The position numbers were made by a program, and so were the translations under genes. Shown piece by piece: positions 44,946 through 58,600 of a stretch of DNA of 64,000 bases. The notes under the pieces are model-generated. The model was not told the DNA's origin. It did no database searches and was given only the letters and a program-made list of their open reading frames with translations. This stretch comes from Auanema rhodensis. Its lineage: Eukaryota > Animalia > Nematoda. The stretch lies in NCBI GenBank assembly GCA_964057225.1, contig OZ059898.1, forward strand, positions 310,001-374,000. Reading direction: 5' to 3'. How positions within the stretch are numbered: the first letter of the stretch is position 1; every line of letters begins with the position of its first letter.

Positions 44946-46711
44946 AAATTAAAGTTCACGTAAATTTCAAAGTCATGGTTACCATGAACCAATATCAATA
45001 AAAATTTGTTTTTAGACTAATATGGACATGGGGAATCTAATTTTGAAAACCGCATCTCTTTATCTTTCACGTGAAGCGAGTTACATACCAAGTGCACATC
45101 ACGTGTACATTTAATTAGCATAAATTAAAGTTCACGTAAATTTCAAAGTCATGGTTACCATGAACCAATATCAATAAAAATTTGTTTTTAGACTAATATG
45201 GACATGGGGAATCTAATTTTGAAAACCGCATCTCTTTATCTTTCACGTGAAGCGAGTTACATACCAAGTGCACATCACGTGTACATTTAATTAGCATAAA
45301 TTAAAGTTCACGTAAATTTCAAAGTCATGGTTACCATGAAGCAATATCAATAAAAATTTGTTTTTAGACTAATATGGACATGGGGAATCTAATTTTGAAA
45401 ACCGCATCTCTTTATCTTTCACGTGAAGCGAGTTACATACCAAGTGCACATCACGTGTACATTTAATTAGCATAAATTAAAGTTCACGTAAATTTCAAAG
45501 TCATGGTTACCATGAACCAATATCAATAAAAATTTGTTTTTAGACTAATATGGACATGGGGAATCTAATTTTGAAAACCGCATCTCTTTATCTTTCACGT
45601 GAAGCGAGTTACATACCAAGTGTACATCACGTGTACATTTAATTAGCATAAATTAAAGTTCACGTAAATTTCAAAGTCATGGTTACCATGAACCAATATC
45701 AATAAAAATTTGTTTTTAGACTAATATGGACATGGGGACTCTAATTTTGAAAACCGCATCTCTTTATCTTTCACGTGAAGCGAGTTACATACCAAGTGCA
45801 CATCACGTGTACATTTAATTAGCATAAATTAAAGTTCACGTAAAATTCAAAGTCATGGTTACCATGAACCAATATCAATAAAAATTTGTTTTTAGACTAA
45901 TATGGACATGGGGAATCTAATTTTGAAAACCGCATCTCTTTATCTTTCACGTGAAGCGAGTTACATACCAAGTGCACATCACGTGTACATTTAATTAGCA
46001 TAAATTAAAGTTCACGTAAAATTCAAAGTCATGGTTACCATGAAGCAATATCAATAAAAATTTGTTTTTAGACTAATATGGACATGGGGAATCTAATTTT
46101 GAAAACCGCATCTCTTTATCTTTCACGTGAAGCGAGTTACATACCAAGTGCACATCACGTGTACATTTAATTAGAATAAATTAAAGTTCACGTAAATTTC
46201 AAAGTCATGGTTACCATGAAGCAATATCAATAAAAATTTGTTTTTAGACTAATATGGACATGGGGAATCTAATTTTGGAAACCGCATCTCTTTATCTTTC
46301 ACGTGAAGCGAGTTACATACCAAGTGCACATCACGTGTACATTTAATTAGCATAAATTGAAGTTCACGTAAATTTCAAAGTCATGGTTACCATGAACCAA
46401 TATCAATAAAAATTTGTTTTTAGACTAATATGGACATGGGGAATCTAATTTTGAAAACCGCATCTCTTTATCTTTCACGTGAAGCGAGTTACATACCAAG
46501 TGCACATCACGTGTACATTTAATTAGCATAAATTAAAGTTCACGTAAATTTCAAAGTCATGGTTACCATGCACCAATATCAATAAAAATTTGTTTTTAGA
46601 CTAATATGGACATGGGGAATCTAATTTAGAAAACCGCATCTCTTTATCTTTCACGTGAAGCGAGTTACATACCAAGTGCACATCACGTGTACATTTAATT
46701 AGCATAAATTA

Positions 46712-46926
46712 GTCAAGGTTTATTGTTCTTTATCACAGGTTGTAACATTAGTGGTTTTTAAGAAAAGAAGTATGAAAAAAGATCCTTACAATACGAACAT
46801 AATTATAAAAATTAAAAAATGAATAAGCAATAAATGTGCAGAGTTGAGAAGAGTTATTGAATCAATTTTGTCTTTTAAGATACATACTTTTAGCTAGTCT
46901 CTCTATGTATTATGAAATGTTAACCC
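46712..46926 (-). mobile_element. Second, apparently identical copy of the 215-bp insertion, generated by segmental duplication
   Basis: Same sequence, same monomer position and same TSD (46706-46711 and 46927-46932). The offset is 1981 bp = 10x176 + 221, and flanking monomer SNPs are shared with copy 1. Confidence 0.75.
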
Positions 46927-49900
46927 AAATTAAAGTTCACGTAAATTTCAAAGTCATGGTTACCATGAACCAATATCAATAAAAATTTGTTTTTAGACTA
47001 ATATGGACATGGGGAATCTAATTTTGAAAACCGCATCTCTTTATCTTTCACGTGAAGCGAGTTACATACCAAGTGCACATCACGTGTACATTTAATTAGC
47101 ATAAATTAAAGTTCACGTAAATTTCAAAGTCATGGTTACCATGAACCAATATCAATAAAAATTTGTTTTTAGACTAATATGGACATGGGGAATCTAATTT
47201 TGAAAACCGCATCTCTTTATCTTTCACGTGAAGCGAGTTACATACCAAGTGCACATCACGTGTACATTTAATTAGCATAAATTAAAGTTCACGTAAATTT
47301 CAAAGTCATGGTTACCATGAAGCAATATCAATAAAAATTTGTTTTTAGACTAATATGGACATGGGGAATCTAATTTTGAAAACCGCATCTCTTTATCTTT
47401 CACGTGAAGCGAGTTACATACCAAGTGCACATCACGTGTACATTTAATTAGCATAAATTAAAGTTCACGTAAATTTCAAAGTCATGGTTACCATGAACCA
47501 ATATCAATAAAAATTTGTTTTTAGACTAATATGGACATGGGGAATCTAATTTTGAAAACCGCATCTCTTTATCTTTCACGTGAAGCGAGTTACATACCAA
47601 GTGTACATCACGTGTACATTTAATTAGCATAAATTAAAGTTCACGTAAATTTCAAAGTCATGGTTACCATGCACCAATATCAATAAAAATTTGTTTTTAG
47701 ACTAATATGGACATGGGGAATCTAATTTTGAAAACCGCATCTCTTTATCTTTCACGTGAAGCGAGTTACATACCAAGTGCACATCACGTGTACATTTAAT
47801 TAGCATAAATTAAAGTTCACGTAAATTTCAAAGTCATGGTTACCATGCACCAATATCAATAAAAATTTGTTGTTAGACTAATATGGACATGGGGAATCTA
47901 ATTTTGAAAACCGCATCTCTTTATCTTTCACGTGAAGCGAGTTACATACCAAGTGCACATCACGTGTACATTTAATTAGCATAAATTAAAGTTCACGTAA
48001 ATTTCAAAGTCATGGTTACCATGAAGCAATATCAATAAAAATTTGTTTTTAGACTAATATGGACATGGGGAATCTAATTTTGAAAACCGCATCTCTTTAT
48101 CTTTCACGTGAAGCGAGTTACATACCAAGTGCACATCACGTGTACATTTAATTAGCATAAATTAAAGTTCACGTAAATTTCAAAGTCATGGTTACCATGA
48201 ACCAATATCAATAAAAATTTGTTTTTAGACTAATATGGACATGGGGAATCTAATTTTGAAAACCGCATCTCTTTATCTTTCACGTGAAGCGAGTTACATA
48301 CCAAGTGCACATCACGTGTACATTTAATTAGCATAAATTAAAGTTCACGTAAAATTCAAAGTCATGGTTACCATGCACCAATATCAATAAAAATTTGTTT
48401 TTAGACTAATATGGACATGAGGAATCTAATTTTGAAAACCGCATCTCTTTATCTTTCACGTGAAGCGAGTTACATACCAAGTGCACATCACGTGTACATT
48501 TAATTAGAATAAATTAAAGTTCACGTAAATTTCAAAGTCATGGTTACCATGCACCAATATCAATAAAAATTTGTTTTTAGACTAATATGGACATGGGGAA
48601 TCTAATTTTGAAAACCGCATCTCTTTATCTTTCACGTGAAGCGAAATACATACCAAGTGCACATCACGTGTACATTTAATTAGCATAAATTAAAGTTCAC
48701 GTAAATTTCAAAGTCATGGTTACCATGAAGCAATATCAATAAAAATTTGTTTTTAGACTAATATGGACATGGGGAATCTAATTTTGAAAACCGCATCTCT
48801 TTATCTTTCACGTGAAGCGAGTTACATACCAAGTGCACATCACGTGTACATTTAATTAGCATAAATTAAAGTTCACGTAAATTTCAAAGTCATGGTTACC
48901 ATGAACCAATATCAATAAAAATTTGTTTTTAGACTAATATGGACATGGGGAATCTAATTTTGAAAACCGCATCTCTTTATCTTTCACGTGAAGCGAGTTA
49001 CATACCAAGTGCACATCACGTGTACATTTAATTAGCATAAATTAAAGTTCACGTAAATTTCAAAGTCATGGTTACCATGCACCAATATCAATAAAAATTT
49101 GTTTTTAGACTAATATGGACATGGGGAATCTAATTTTGAAAACCGCATCTCTTTATCTTTCACGTGAAGCGAGTTACATACCAAGTGCACATCACGTGTA
49201 CATTTAATTAGCATAAATTAAAGTTCACGTAAAATTCAAAGTCATGGTTACCATGCACCAATATCAATAAAAATTTGTTTTTAGACTAATATGGACATGG
49301 GGAATCTAATTTTGAAAACCGCATCTCTTTATCTTTCACGTGAAGCGAGTTACATACCAAGTGCACATCACGTGTACATTTAATTAGCATAAATTAAAGT
49401 TCACGTAAATTTCAAAGTCATGGTTACCATGCACCAATATCAATAAAAATTTGTTTTTAGACTAATATGGACATGGGGAATCTAATTTTGAAAACCGCAT
49501 CTCTTTATCTTTCACGTGAAGCGAGTTACATACCAAGTGCACATCACGTGTACATTTAATTAGCATAAATTAAAGTTCACGTAAATTTCAAAGTCATGGT
49601 TACCATGAACCAATATCAATAAAAATTTGTTTTTAGACTAATATGGACATGGGGAATCTAATTTTGAAAACCGCATCTCTTTATCTTTCACGTGAAGCGA
49701 GTTACATACCAAGTGCACATCACGTGTACATTTAATTAGCATAAATTAAAGTTCACGTAAAATTCAAAGTCATGGTTACCATGCACCAATATCAATAAAA
49801 ATTTGTTTTTAGACTAATATGGACATGGGGAATCTAATTTTGAAAACCGCATCTCTTTATCTTTCACGTGAAGCGAGTTACATACCAAGTGCACATCACG

Positions 49901-52699
49901 TGTACATTTAATTAGCATAAATTAAAGTTCACGTAAAATTCAAAGTCATGGTTACCATGAACCAATATCAATAAAAATTTGTTTTTAGACTAATATGGAC
50001 ATGGGGAATCTAATTTTGAAAACCGCATCTCTTTATCTTTCACGTGAAGCGAGTTACATACCAAGTGCACATCACGTGTACATTTAATTAGCATAAATTA
50101 AAGTTCACGTAAATTTCAAAGTCATGGTTACCATGCACCAATATCAATAAAAATTTGTTTTTAGACTAATATGGACATGGGGAATCTAATTTTGAAAACC
50201 GCATCTCTTTATCTTTCACGTGAAGCGAGTTACATACCAAGTGCACATCACGTGTACATTTAATTAGCATAAATTAAAGTTCACGTAAATTTCAAAGTCA
50301 TGGTTACCATGAACCAATATCAATAAAAATTTGTTTTTAGACTAATATGAACATGGGGAATCTAATTTTGAAAACCGCATCTCTTTATCTTTCACGTGAA
50401 GCGAGTTACATACCAAGTGCACATCACGTGTACATTTAATTAGCATAAATTAAAGTTCACGTAAATTTCAAAGTCATGGTTACCATGAAGCAATATCAAT
50501 AAAAATTTGTTTTAAGACTAATATGGACATGGGGAATCTAATTTTGAAAACCGCATCTCTTTATCTTTCACGTGAAGCGAGTTACATACCAAGTGCACAT
50601 CACGTGTACATTTAATTAGCATAAATTAAAGTTCACGTAAATTTCAAAGTCATGGTTACCATGAACCAATATCAATAAAAATTTGTTTTTAGACTAATAT
50701 GGACATGGGGAATCTAATTTTGAAAACCGCATCTCTTTATCTTTCACGTGAAGCGAGTTACATACCAAGTGCACATCACGTGTACATTTAATTAGCATAA
50801 ATTAAAGTTCACGTAAATTTCAAAGTCATGGTTACCAAGCACCAATATCAATAAAAATTTGTTTTTAGACTAATATGGACATGGGGAATCTAATTTTGAA
50901 AACCGCATCTCTTTATCTTTCACGTGAAGCGAGTTACATACCAAGTGCACATCACGAGTACATTTAATTAGCATAAATTAAAGTTCACGTAAATTTCAAA
51001 GTCATGGTTACCATGAAGCAATATCAATAAAAATTTGTTTTTAGACTAATATGGACATGGGGAATCTAATTTTGAAAACCGCATCTTTTTATCTTTCACG
51101 TGAAGCGAGTTACATACCAAGTGCACATCACGTGTACATTTAATTAGCATAAATTAAAGTTCACGTAAAATTCAAAGTCATGGTTACCATGCACCAATAT
51201 CAATAAAAATTTGTTTTTAGACTAATATGGACATGGGGAATCTAATTTTGAAAACCGCATCTCTTTATCTTTCACGTGAAGCGAGTTACATACCAAGTGC
51301 ACATCACGTGTACATTTAATTAGCATAAATTAAAGTTCACGTAAATTTCAAAGTCATGGTTACCATGCACCAATATCAATAAAAATTTGTTTTTAGACTA
51401 ATATGGACATGGGGAATCTAATTTTGAAAACCGCATCTCTTTATCTTTCACGTGAAGCGAGTTACATACCAAGTGCACATCACGTGTACATTTAATTAGC
51501 ATAAATTAAAGTTCACGTAAATTTCAAAGTCATGGTTACCATGAAGCAATATCAATAAAAATTTGTTTTTAGACTAATATGGACATGGGGAATCTAATTT
51601 TGAAAACCGCATCTCTTTATCTTTCACGTGAAGCGATTTACATACCAAGTGCACATCACGTGTACATTTAATTAGCATAAATTAAAGTTCACGTAAATTT
51701 CAAAGTCATATGGTTACCATGAAGCAATATCAATAAAAATTTGTTTTTAGACTAATATGGACATGGGGAATCTAATTTTGAAAACCGCATCTCTTTATCT
51801 TTCACGTGAAGCGAGTTACATACCAAGTGCACATCACGTGTACATTTAATTAGCATAAATTAAAGTTCACGTAAATTTCAAAGTCATGGTTACCATGAAC
51901 CAATATCAATAAAAATTTGTTTTTAGACCAATATGGACATGGGGAATCTAATTTTGAAAACCGCATCTCTTTATCTTCCACGTGAAGCGAGTTACATACC
52001 AAGTGCACATCACGTGTACATTTAATTAGCATAAATTAAAGTTCACGTAAATTTCAAAGTCATGGTTACCATGCACCAATATCAATAAAAATTTGTTTTT
52101 AGACTAATATGGACATGGGGAATCTAATTTTGAAAACCGCATCTCTTTATCTTTCACGTGAAGCGAGTTACATACCAAGTGCACATCACGTGTACATTTA
52201 ATTAGCATAAATTAAAGTTCACGTAAATTTCAAAGTCATGGTTACCATGCACCAATATCAATAAAAATTTGTTTTTAGACTAATATGGACATGGGGAATC
52301 TAATTTTGGAAACCGCATCTCTTTATCTTTCACGTGAAGCGAGTTACATACCAAGTGCACATCACGTGTACATTTAATTAGCATAAATTAAAGTTCACGT
52401 AAATTTCAAAGTCATGGTTACCATGAACCAATATCAATAAAAATTTGTTTTTAGACTAATATGGACATGGGGAATCTAATTTTGAAAACCGCATCTCTTT
52501 ATCTTTCACGTGAAGCGAGTTACATACCAAGTGCACATCACGTGTACATTTAATTAGCATAAATTAAAGTTCACGTAAATTTCAAAGTCATGGTTACCAT
52601 GAACCAATATCAATAAAAATTTGTTTTTAGACTAATATGGACATGGGGAATCTAATTTTGAAAACCGCATCTCTTTATCTTTCACGTGAAGCGAGTTAC

Positions 52700-55600
52700 A
52701 TACCAAGTGCACATCACGTGTACATTTAATTAGCATAAATTAAAGTTCACGTAAATTTCAAAGTCATGGTTACCATGCACCAATATCAATAAAAATTTGT
52801 TTTTAGACTAATATGGACATGGGGAATCTAATTTTGAAAATCGCATCTCTTTATCTTTCACGTGAAGCGAGTTACATACCAAGTGCACATCACGTGTACA
52901 TTTAATTAGCATAAATTAAAGTTCACGTAAATTTCAAAGTCATGGTTACCATGCACCAATATCAATAAAAATTTGTTTTTGACTAATATGGACATGGGGA
53001 ATCTAATTTTGGAAACCGCATCTCTTTATCTTTCACGTGAAGCGAGTTACATACCAAGTGCACATCACGTGTACATTTAATTAGCATAAATTAAAGTTCA
53101 CGTAAATTTCAAAGTCATATGGTTACCATGCACCAATATCAATAAAAATTTGTTTTTAGACTAATATGGACATGGGGAATCTAATTTTGAAAACCGCATC
53201 TCTTTATCTTTCACGTGAAGCGAGTTACATACCAAGTGCACATCACGTGTACATTTAATTAGCATAAATTAAAGTTCACGTAAATTTCAAAGTCATGGTT
53301 ACCATGAAGCAATATCAATAAAAATTTGTTTTTAGACTAATATGGACATGGGGAATCTAATTTTGAAAACCTCATCTCTTTATCTTTCACGTGAAGCGAG
53401 TTACATACCAAGTGCACATCACGTGTACATTTAATTAGCATAAATTAAAGTTCACGTAAATTTCAAAGTCATGGTTACCATGCACCAATATCAATAAAAA
53501 TTTGTTTTTAGACTAATATGGACATGGGGAATCTAATTTTGGAAACCGCATCTCTTTATCTTTCACGTGAAGCGAGTTACATACCAAGTGCACATCACGT
53601 GTACATTTAATTAGCATAAATTAAAGTTCACGTAAATTTCAAAGTCATGGTTACCATGAACCAATATCAATAAAAATTTGTTTTTAGACTAATATGGACA
53701 TGGGGAATCTAATTTTGAAAACCGCATCTCTTTATCTTTCACGTGAAGCGAGTTACATACCAAGTGCACATCACGTGTACATTTAATTAGCATAAATTAA
53801 AGTTCACGTAAATTTCAAAGTCATGGTTACCATGAACCAATATCAATAAAAATTTGTTTTTAGACTAATATGGACATGGGGAATCTAATTTTGAAAACCG
53901 CATCTCTTTATCTTTCACGTGAAGCGAGTTACATACCAAGTGCACATCACGTGTACATTTAATTAGCATAAATTAAAGTTCACGTAAATTTCAAAGTCAT
54001 GGTTACCATGAAGCAATATCAATAAAAATTTGTTTTTAGACTAATATGGACATGGGGAATCTAATTTTGAAAACCGCATCTCTTTATCTTTCACGTGAAG
54101 CGAGTTACATACCAAGTGCACATCACGTGTACATTTAATTAGCATAAATTAAAGTTCACGTAAATTTCAAAGTCATGGTTACCATGAACCAATATCAATA
54201 AAAATTTGTTTTTAGACTAATATGGACATGGGGAATCTAATTTTGAAAACCGCATCTCTTTATCTTTCACGTGAAGCGAGTTACATACCAAGTGCACATC
54301 ACGTGTACATTTAATTAGCATAAATTAAAGTTCACGTAAATTTCAAAGTCATGGTTACCATGCACCAATATCAATAAAAATTTGTTTTTAGACTAATATG
54401 GACATGGGGAATCTAATTTTGAAAATCGCATCTCTTTATCTTTCACGTAAAGCGAGTTACATACCAAGTGCACATCACGTGTACATTTAATTAGCATAAA
54501 TTAAAGTTCACGTAAATTTCAAAGTCATGGTTACCATGCACCAATATCAATAAAAATTTGTTTTTGACTAATATGGACATGGGGAATCTAATTTTGGAAA
54601 CCGCATCTCTTTATCTTTCACGTGAAGCGAGTTACATACCAAGTGCACATCACGTGTACATTTAATTAGCATAAATTAAAGTTCACGTAAATTTCAAAGT
54701 CATATGGTTACCATGCACCAATATCAATAAAAATTTGTTTTTAGACTAATATGGACATGGGGAATCTAATTTTGAAAACCGCATCTCTTTATCTTTCACG
54801 TGAAGCGAGTTACATACCAAGTGCACATCACGTGTACATTTAATTAGCATAAATTAAAGTTCACGTAAATTTCAAAGTCATGGTTACCATGAAGCAATAT
54901 CAATAAAAATTTGTTTTTAGACTAATATGGACATGGGGAATCTAATTTTGAAAACCTCATCTCTTTATCTTTCACGTGAAGCGAGTTACATACCAAGTGC
55001 ACATCACGTGTACATTTAATTAGCATAAATTAAAGTTCACGTAAATTTCAAAGTCATGGTTACCATGCACCAATATCAATAAAAATTTGTTTTTAGACTA
55101 ATATGGACATGGGGAATCTAATTTAGAATACCGCATCTCTTTATCTTTCACGTGAAGCGAGTTACATACCAAGTGCACATCACGTGTACATTTAATTAGC
55201 ATAAATTAAAGTTCACGTAAATTTCAAAGTCATGGTTACCATGAAGCAATATCAATAAAAATTTGTTTTTAGACTAATATGGACATGGGGAATCTAATTT
55301 TGAAAACCGCATCTCTTTATCTTTCACGTGAAGCGAGTTACATACCAAGTGCACATCACGTGTACATTTAATTAGCATAAATTAAAGTTCACGTAAATTT
55401 CAAAGTCATGGTTACCATGAACCAATATCAATAAAAATTTGTTTTTAGACTAATATGGACATGGGGAATCTAATTTTGAAAACCGCATCTCTTTATCTTT
55501 CACGTGAAGCGAGTTACATACCAAGTGCACATCACGTGTACATTTAATTAGCATAAATTAAAGTTCACGTAAATTTCAAAGTCATGGTTACCATGCACCA

Positions 55601-58600
55601 ATATCAATAAAAATTTGTTTTTAGACTAATATGGACATGGGGAATCTAATTTTGAAAATCGCATCTCTTTATCTTTCACGTGAAGCGAGTTACATACCAA
55701 GTGCACATCACGTGTACATTTAATTAGCATAAATTAAAGTTCACGTAAATTTCAAAGTCATGGTTACCATGCACCAATATCAATAAAAATTTGTTTTTGA
55801 CTAATATGGACATGGGGAATCTAATTTTGGAAACCGCATCTCTTTATCTTTCACGTGAAGCGAGTTACATACCAAGTGCACATCACGTGTACATTTAATT
55901 AGCATAAATTAAAGTTCACGTAAATTTCAAAGTCATATGGTTACCATGCACCAATATCAATAAAAATTTGTTTTTAGACTAATATGGACATGGGGAATCT
56001 AATTTTGAAAACCGCATCTCTTTATCTTTCACGTGAAGCGAGTTACATACCAAGTGCACATCACGTGTACATTTAATTAGCATAAATTAAAGTTCACGTA
56101 AATTTCAAAGTCATGGTTACCATGAAGCAATATCAATAAAAATTTGTTTTTAGACTAATATGGACATGGGGAATCTAATTTTGAAAACCTCATATCTTTA
56201 TCTTTCACGTGAAGCGAGTTACATACCAAGTGCACATCACGTGTACATTTAATTAGCATAAATTAAAGTTCACGTAAATTTCAAAGTCATGGTTACCATG
56301 CACCAATATCAATAAAAATTTGTTTTTAGACTAATATGGACATGGGGAATCTAATTTAGAATACCGCATCTCTTTATCTTTCACGTGAAGCGAGTTACAT
56401 ACCAAGTGCACATCACGTGTACATTTAATTAGCATAAATTAAAGTTCACGTAAATTTCAAAGTCATGGTTACCATGAACCAATATCAATAAAAATTTGTT
56501 TTTAGACTAATATGGACATGGGGAATCTAATTTTGAAAACCGCATCTCTTTATCTTTCACGTGAAGCGAGTTACATACCAAGTGCACATCACGTGTACAT
56601 TTAATTAGCATAAATTAAAGTTCACGTAAATTTCAAAGTCATGGTTACCATGAACCAATATCAATAAAAATTTGTTTTTAGACTAATATGGACATGGGGA
56701 ATCTAATTTTGAAAACCGCATCTCTTTATCTTTCACGTGAAGCGAGTTACATACCAAGTGCACATCACGTGTACATTTAATTAGCATAAATTAAAGTTCA
56801 CGTAAATTTCAAAGTCATGGTTACCATGAAGCAATATCAATAAAAATTTGTTTTTAGACTAATATGGACATGGGGAATCTAATTTTGAAAACCGCATCTC
56901 TTTATCTTTCACGTGAAGCGAGTTACATACCAAGTGCACATCACGTGTACATTTAATTAGCATAAATTAAAGTTCACGTAAATTTCAAAGTCATGGTTAC
57001 CATGAACCAATATCAATAAAAATTTGTTTTTAGACTAATATGGACATGGGGAATCTAATTTTGAAAACCGCATCTCTTTATCTTTCACGTGAAGCGAGTT
57101 ACATACCAAGTGCACATCACGTGTACATTTAATTAGCATAAATTAAAGTTCACGTAAATTTCAAAGTCATGGTTACCATGCACCAATATCAATAAAAATT
57201 TGTTTTTAGACTAATATGGACATGGGGAATCTAATTTTGAAAATCGCATCTCTTTATCTTTCACGTGAAGCGAGTTACATACCAAGTGCACATCACGTGT
57301 ACATTTAATTAGCATAAATTAAAGTTCACGTAAATTTCAAAGTCATGGTTACCATGCACCAATATCAATAAAAATTTGTTTTTGACTAATATGGACATGG
57401 GGAATCTAATTTTGGAAACCGCATCTCTTTATCTTTCACGTGAAGCGAGTTACATACCAAGTGCACATCACGTGTACATTTAATTAGCATAAATTAAAGT
57501 TCACGTAAATTTCAAAGTCATATGGTTACCATGCACCAATATCAATAAAAATTTGTTTTTAGACTAATATGGACATGGGGAATCTAATTTTGAAAACCGC
57601 ATCTCTTTATCTTTCACGTGAAGCGAGTTACATACCAAGTGCACATCACGTGTACATTTAATTAGCATAAATTAAAGTTCACGTAAATTTCAAAGTCATG
57701 GTTACCATGAAGCAATATCAATAAAAATTTGTTTTTAGACTAATATGGACATGGGGAATCTAATTTTGAAAACCTCATCTCTTTATCTTTCACGTGAAGC
57801 GAGTTACATACCAAGTGCACATCACGTGTACATTTAATTAGCATAAATTAAAGTTCACGTAAATTTCAAAGTCATGGTTACCATGCACCAATATCAATAA
57901 AAATTTGTTTTTAGACTAATATGGACATGGGGAATCTAATTTAGAATACCGCATCTCTTTATCTTTCACGTGAAGCGAGTTACATACCAAGTGCACATCA
58001 CGTGTACATTTAATTAGCATAAATTAAAGTTCACGTAAATTTCAAAGTCATGGTTACCATGAAGCAATATCAATAAAAATTTGTTTTTGGACTAATATGG
58101 ACATGGGGAATCTAATTTTGAAAACCGCATCTCTTTATCTTTCACGTGAAGCGAGTTACATACCAAGTGCACATCACGTGTACATTTAATTAGCATAAAT
58201 TAAAGTTCACGTAAATTTCAAAGTCATGGTTACCATGAACCAATATCAATAAAAATTTGTTTTTAGACTAATATGGACATGGGGAATCTAATTTTGAAAA
58301 CCGCATCTCTTTATCTTTCACGTGAAGCGAGTTACATACCAAGTGCACATCACGTGTACATTTAATTAGCATAAATTAAAGTTCACGTAAATTTCAAAGT
58401 CATGGTTACCATGCACCAATATCAATAAAAATTTGTTTTTAGACTAATATGGACATGGGGAATCTAATTTTGAAAATCGCATCTCTTTATCTTTCACGTG
58501 AAGCGAGTTACATACCAAGTGCACATCACGTGTACATTTAATTAGCATAAATTAAAGTTCACGTAAATTTCAAAGTCATGGTTACCATGCACCAATATCA

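Larger units (their letters stand above)
43870..47670 (+). repeat. Tandem duplication with a 1981-bp period (10 monomers + insert); boundaries approximate
   Basis: Markers repeat at +1981: TAGAATAAA (44191/46172), TTTTGGAAA (~44292/46273), AATTGAA (~44374/46355), ATTTAGAA (~44643/46624), the insert, and GTGTACATCAC (45620/47601). Confidence 0.9.

Noticed and set aside
46712-46926. Independent site-specific second insertion
   Set aside because: Shared flanking SNP haplotypes at an exact 1981-bp offset show it was copied by block duplication.
51850-52032. Second 60-aa ORF as a real gene
   Set aside because: Same artefact caused by a different SNP in the same stop codon.
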